Both the position numbers and the translations under genes were made by a program. 64,000 bases of DNA from Planctomycetota bacterium. GTDB lineage: Bacteria; Planctomycetota; UBA1135; GCA-002686595. The stretch lies in assembly GCA_036011365.1 (NCBI GenBank), contig DASCNH010000069.1, positions 11,467 to 75,466 of the forward strand, in the 5' to 3' direction. Shown piece by piece: positions 62,752-64,000 of the stretch. The first letter of the stretch is position 1. Each line of letters opens with the position of its first letter. The notes beneath the pieces are model-generated. The model worked only from the letters and a program-made list of their open reading frames with translations, was not told the DNA's origin and searched no databases.

Positions 62752-64000
62752 ATGCGCATCGGGATCCTCTGCCACCCCACCTATGGTGGCTCCGGGGTTC
62801 TGGCCAGCGAGCTGGCCATCTCCCTGGCGGAGCGCGGCCATCGTGTGCACCTGTTCTCCCACGAGGCGCCCCCGCGCCTGGCCCGGACTGCTGGGACCGG
62901 GCTCGAGCCGGGCAGCCAGGGCAGCTCTGGCAGCCCGGGCGCCCTGGGCCTCCACGGCGCCATGGTCGAGCTCCATGTGGCCCGCGGCGTGCCTTATCCC
63001 CTCTTCCACTCCACGCCCCACGACCTGGCCATCGCCTCGCGCGTGCTCGATGTGCACCGGGACGAGGGCCTCGACCTGCTGCACGCCCACTACGCCCTGC
63101 CCCACGCGGTCAGCGCCCTGCTCGCCCGGGACGCCGCGCGCACCGAGGGGCCCGGGCCGCCCCCCCGGGTGGTCACCACACTCCACGGCACGGACATCAC
63201 AATTGTAGGCAACGAGCCCTCCTATGCGCCGCTCATCCGCTACGCCCTGCGGGCCAGCGACGCCCTGACCGCCGTTTCAGACGACCTGGCCCGCCGCACC
63301 CGGGAGGGCTTCGGGCCCACGGGTGCCGCGCCCGGCCCGGGGGCAACGCCCGGAGCTCAGCCGCAGATCGAATCCGGCTACCTGGACCGCATTGAGACCA
63401 TTCCCAACTTCGTGGACCTGGACCTATTCCGGCCCCAGCCACCTGAGGGCGGCCCCCAGTCCGCCGCGGGGACGCCTGAGCATGGACCGCCCACAGTCGT
63501 CCATGTCAGCAACTTCCGGGCAGTCAAGCGCGTGCCCTGGCTGGTCGAGGCCTTCGCGGCGGGCGCGGCCGGCCTCGGGGCGCGCCTGGTCCTGGTGGGT
63601 GACGGGCCCGAGCAGGGTGCCGCCCGGGAGGCCGCCCGCCGCGCAGGAATCTCCCAGCAGATCACCTTCCTCGGCACCCGCGATGCCCTGCCGGAACTCC
63701 TGGCCCCGGCTACGGTCTTCGCCCTGGCCAGCTCCGAGGAGTCCTTCGGACTCTCCGCCCTCGAAGCCATGGCCTGCGGCACGCCGGTGGTGGCCACGGC
63801 CGTCGGAGGCGTGGCAGAAGTAGTGGAAGATGGCCTCTCCGGCCTCCTGGTTCCCGCCGACGAGCAGGCCGCCTTCGCCCGGGCGCTGGCGGACCTGCTC
63901 GGCGACCGTGACCGGGCCGCCGCCATGGGCAGCGCCGCCCGCCTGCGCGCCGAAACCTGCTTCGACCGCCAAACCGTCGTCTCCCGCTACGAAGACCTCT
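62752..64000 (+). CDS. GT4 glycosyltransferase, BshA-like (N-acetylglucosaminyl-malate synthase family), 3'-truncated by the window edge
   Basis: It is not in the ORF track because it has no stop in the window. My own translation from ATG 62752 (an in-frame GTG at 62740 is also possible) gives MRIGILCHPTYGGSGVLASELAISLAERGHRVHLFSH...LHGTDITIVGNEPSYAPLIRYALRASDALTAVSDDL...IPNFVDLDLF...VVHVSNFRAVKRV...SSEESFGLSALEAMACGTPVVATAVGGVAEVVEDGLSGLLV. Track ORF 62783..63208 is an out-of-frame shadow. Confidence 0.8.
   Translation, partial: MRIGILCHPTYGGSGVLASELAISLAERGHRVHLFSHEAPPRLARTAGTGLEPGSQGSSGSPGALGLHGAMVELHVARGVPYPLFHSTPHDLAIASRVLDVHRDEGLDLLHAHYALPHAVSALLARDAARTEGPGPPPRVVTTLHGTDITIVGNEPSYAPLIRYALRASDALTAVSDDLARRTREGFGPTGAAPGPGATPGAQPQIESGYLDRIETIPNFVDLDLFRPQPPEGGPQSAAGTPEHGPPTVVHVSNFRAVKRVPWLVEAFAAGAAGLGARLVLVGDGPEQGAAREAARRAGISQQITFLGTRDALPELLAPATVFALASSEESFGLSALEAMACGTPVVATAVGGVAEVVEDGLSGLLVPADEQAAFARALADLLGDRDRAAAMGSAARLRAETCFDRQTVVSRYEDL

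Noticed and set aside
62783-63208. Track ORF 62783..63208 (+) and the minus-strand ORFs 62323..63186, 63378..63926 and 63424..63972 at the 3' end of the window.
   Set aside because: They are out of frame or antisense relative to the BshA-like GT4 gene that reads cleanly from 62752 to the window edge.

Overview
High-GC chromosomal segment (hand-counted samples 58-75%, mostly near 70%) from a diderm, LPS-making bacterium that I cannot place taxonomically. I support about 55 protein genes and one tRNA-Arg(CCG). I found no rRNA, CRISPR array, transposase, integrase or phage genes, so this is mostly a core region.

Content:
- Central metabolism: transketolase-like enzyme, fused LeuC/LeuD-type aconitase-family hydratase, LeuA/homocitrate-synthase-like enzyme, LysC, PurF, a two-gene glutamine-dependent NAD synthetase, and a class IV aminotransferase.
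- Translation and cell cycle: fmt-rsmB, trxA, scpA, an orphan ParA, SelU.
- Envelope: MltA, two GT-C membrane glycosyltransferases, two or three GT4 enzymes, three SGNH-like proteins, kdsD-kdsC followed by a 1,697-codon LptD-like gene, LepB, a TatA/B-like protein, an M50 protease, and two ECF sigma/anti-sigma modules.

Most unusual items:
1. The giant LptD homologue carries a ~1,000-aa membrane-anchored N-terminal extension. It sits exactly where lptC-lptA lie in the classical kdsD-kdsC-lptCAB locus.
2. A periplasmic DUF255/YyaL-type protein is fused to an SGNH-like domain that is a paralogue of a nearby gene but has lost the catalytic Ser and the Asp/His motif.
3. A B12/radical-SAM gene is about 10-15 GC points lower than its neighbours.
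4. A decayed FGE-sulfatase paralogue lies next to an intact copy.
5. A six-unit 18-bp tandem repeat lies in a convergent intergenic gap.
6. A sulfotransferase-like gene is coupled to a class IV aminotransferase.

I did not recognise a clear-cut novel defence or mobile system. All family calls are by eye from motifs.

The ORF track uses the first ATG/GTG/TTG after a stop, so several starts were moved. It also omits one real gene that runs off the 3' edge (62752..64000). Many long track ORFs are antisense shadows typical of high-GC DNA. Coordinates of non-ORF features may be off by 1-2 nt.
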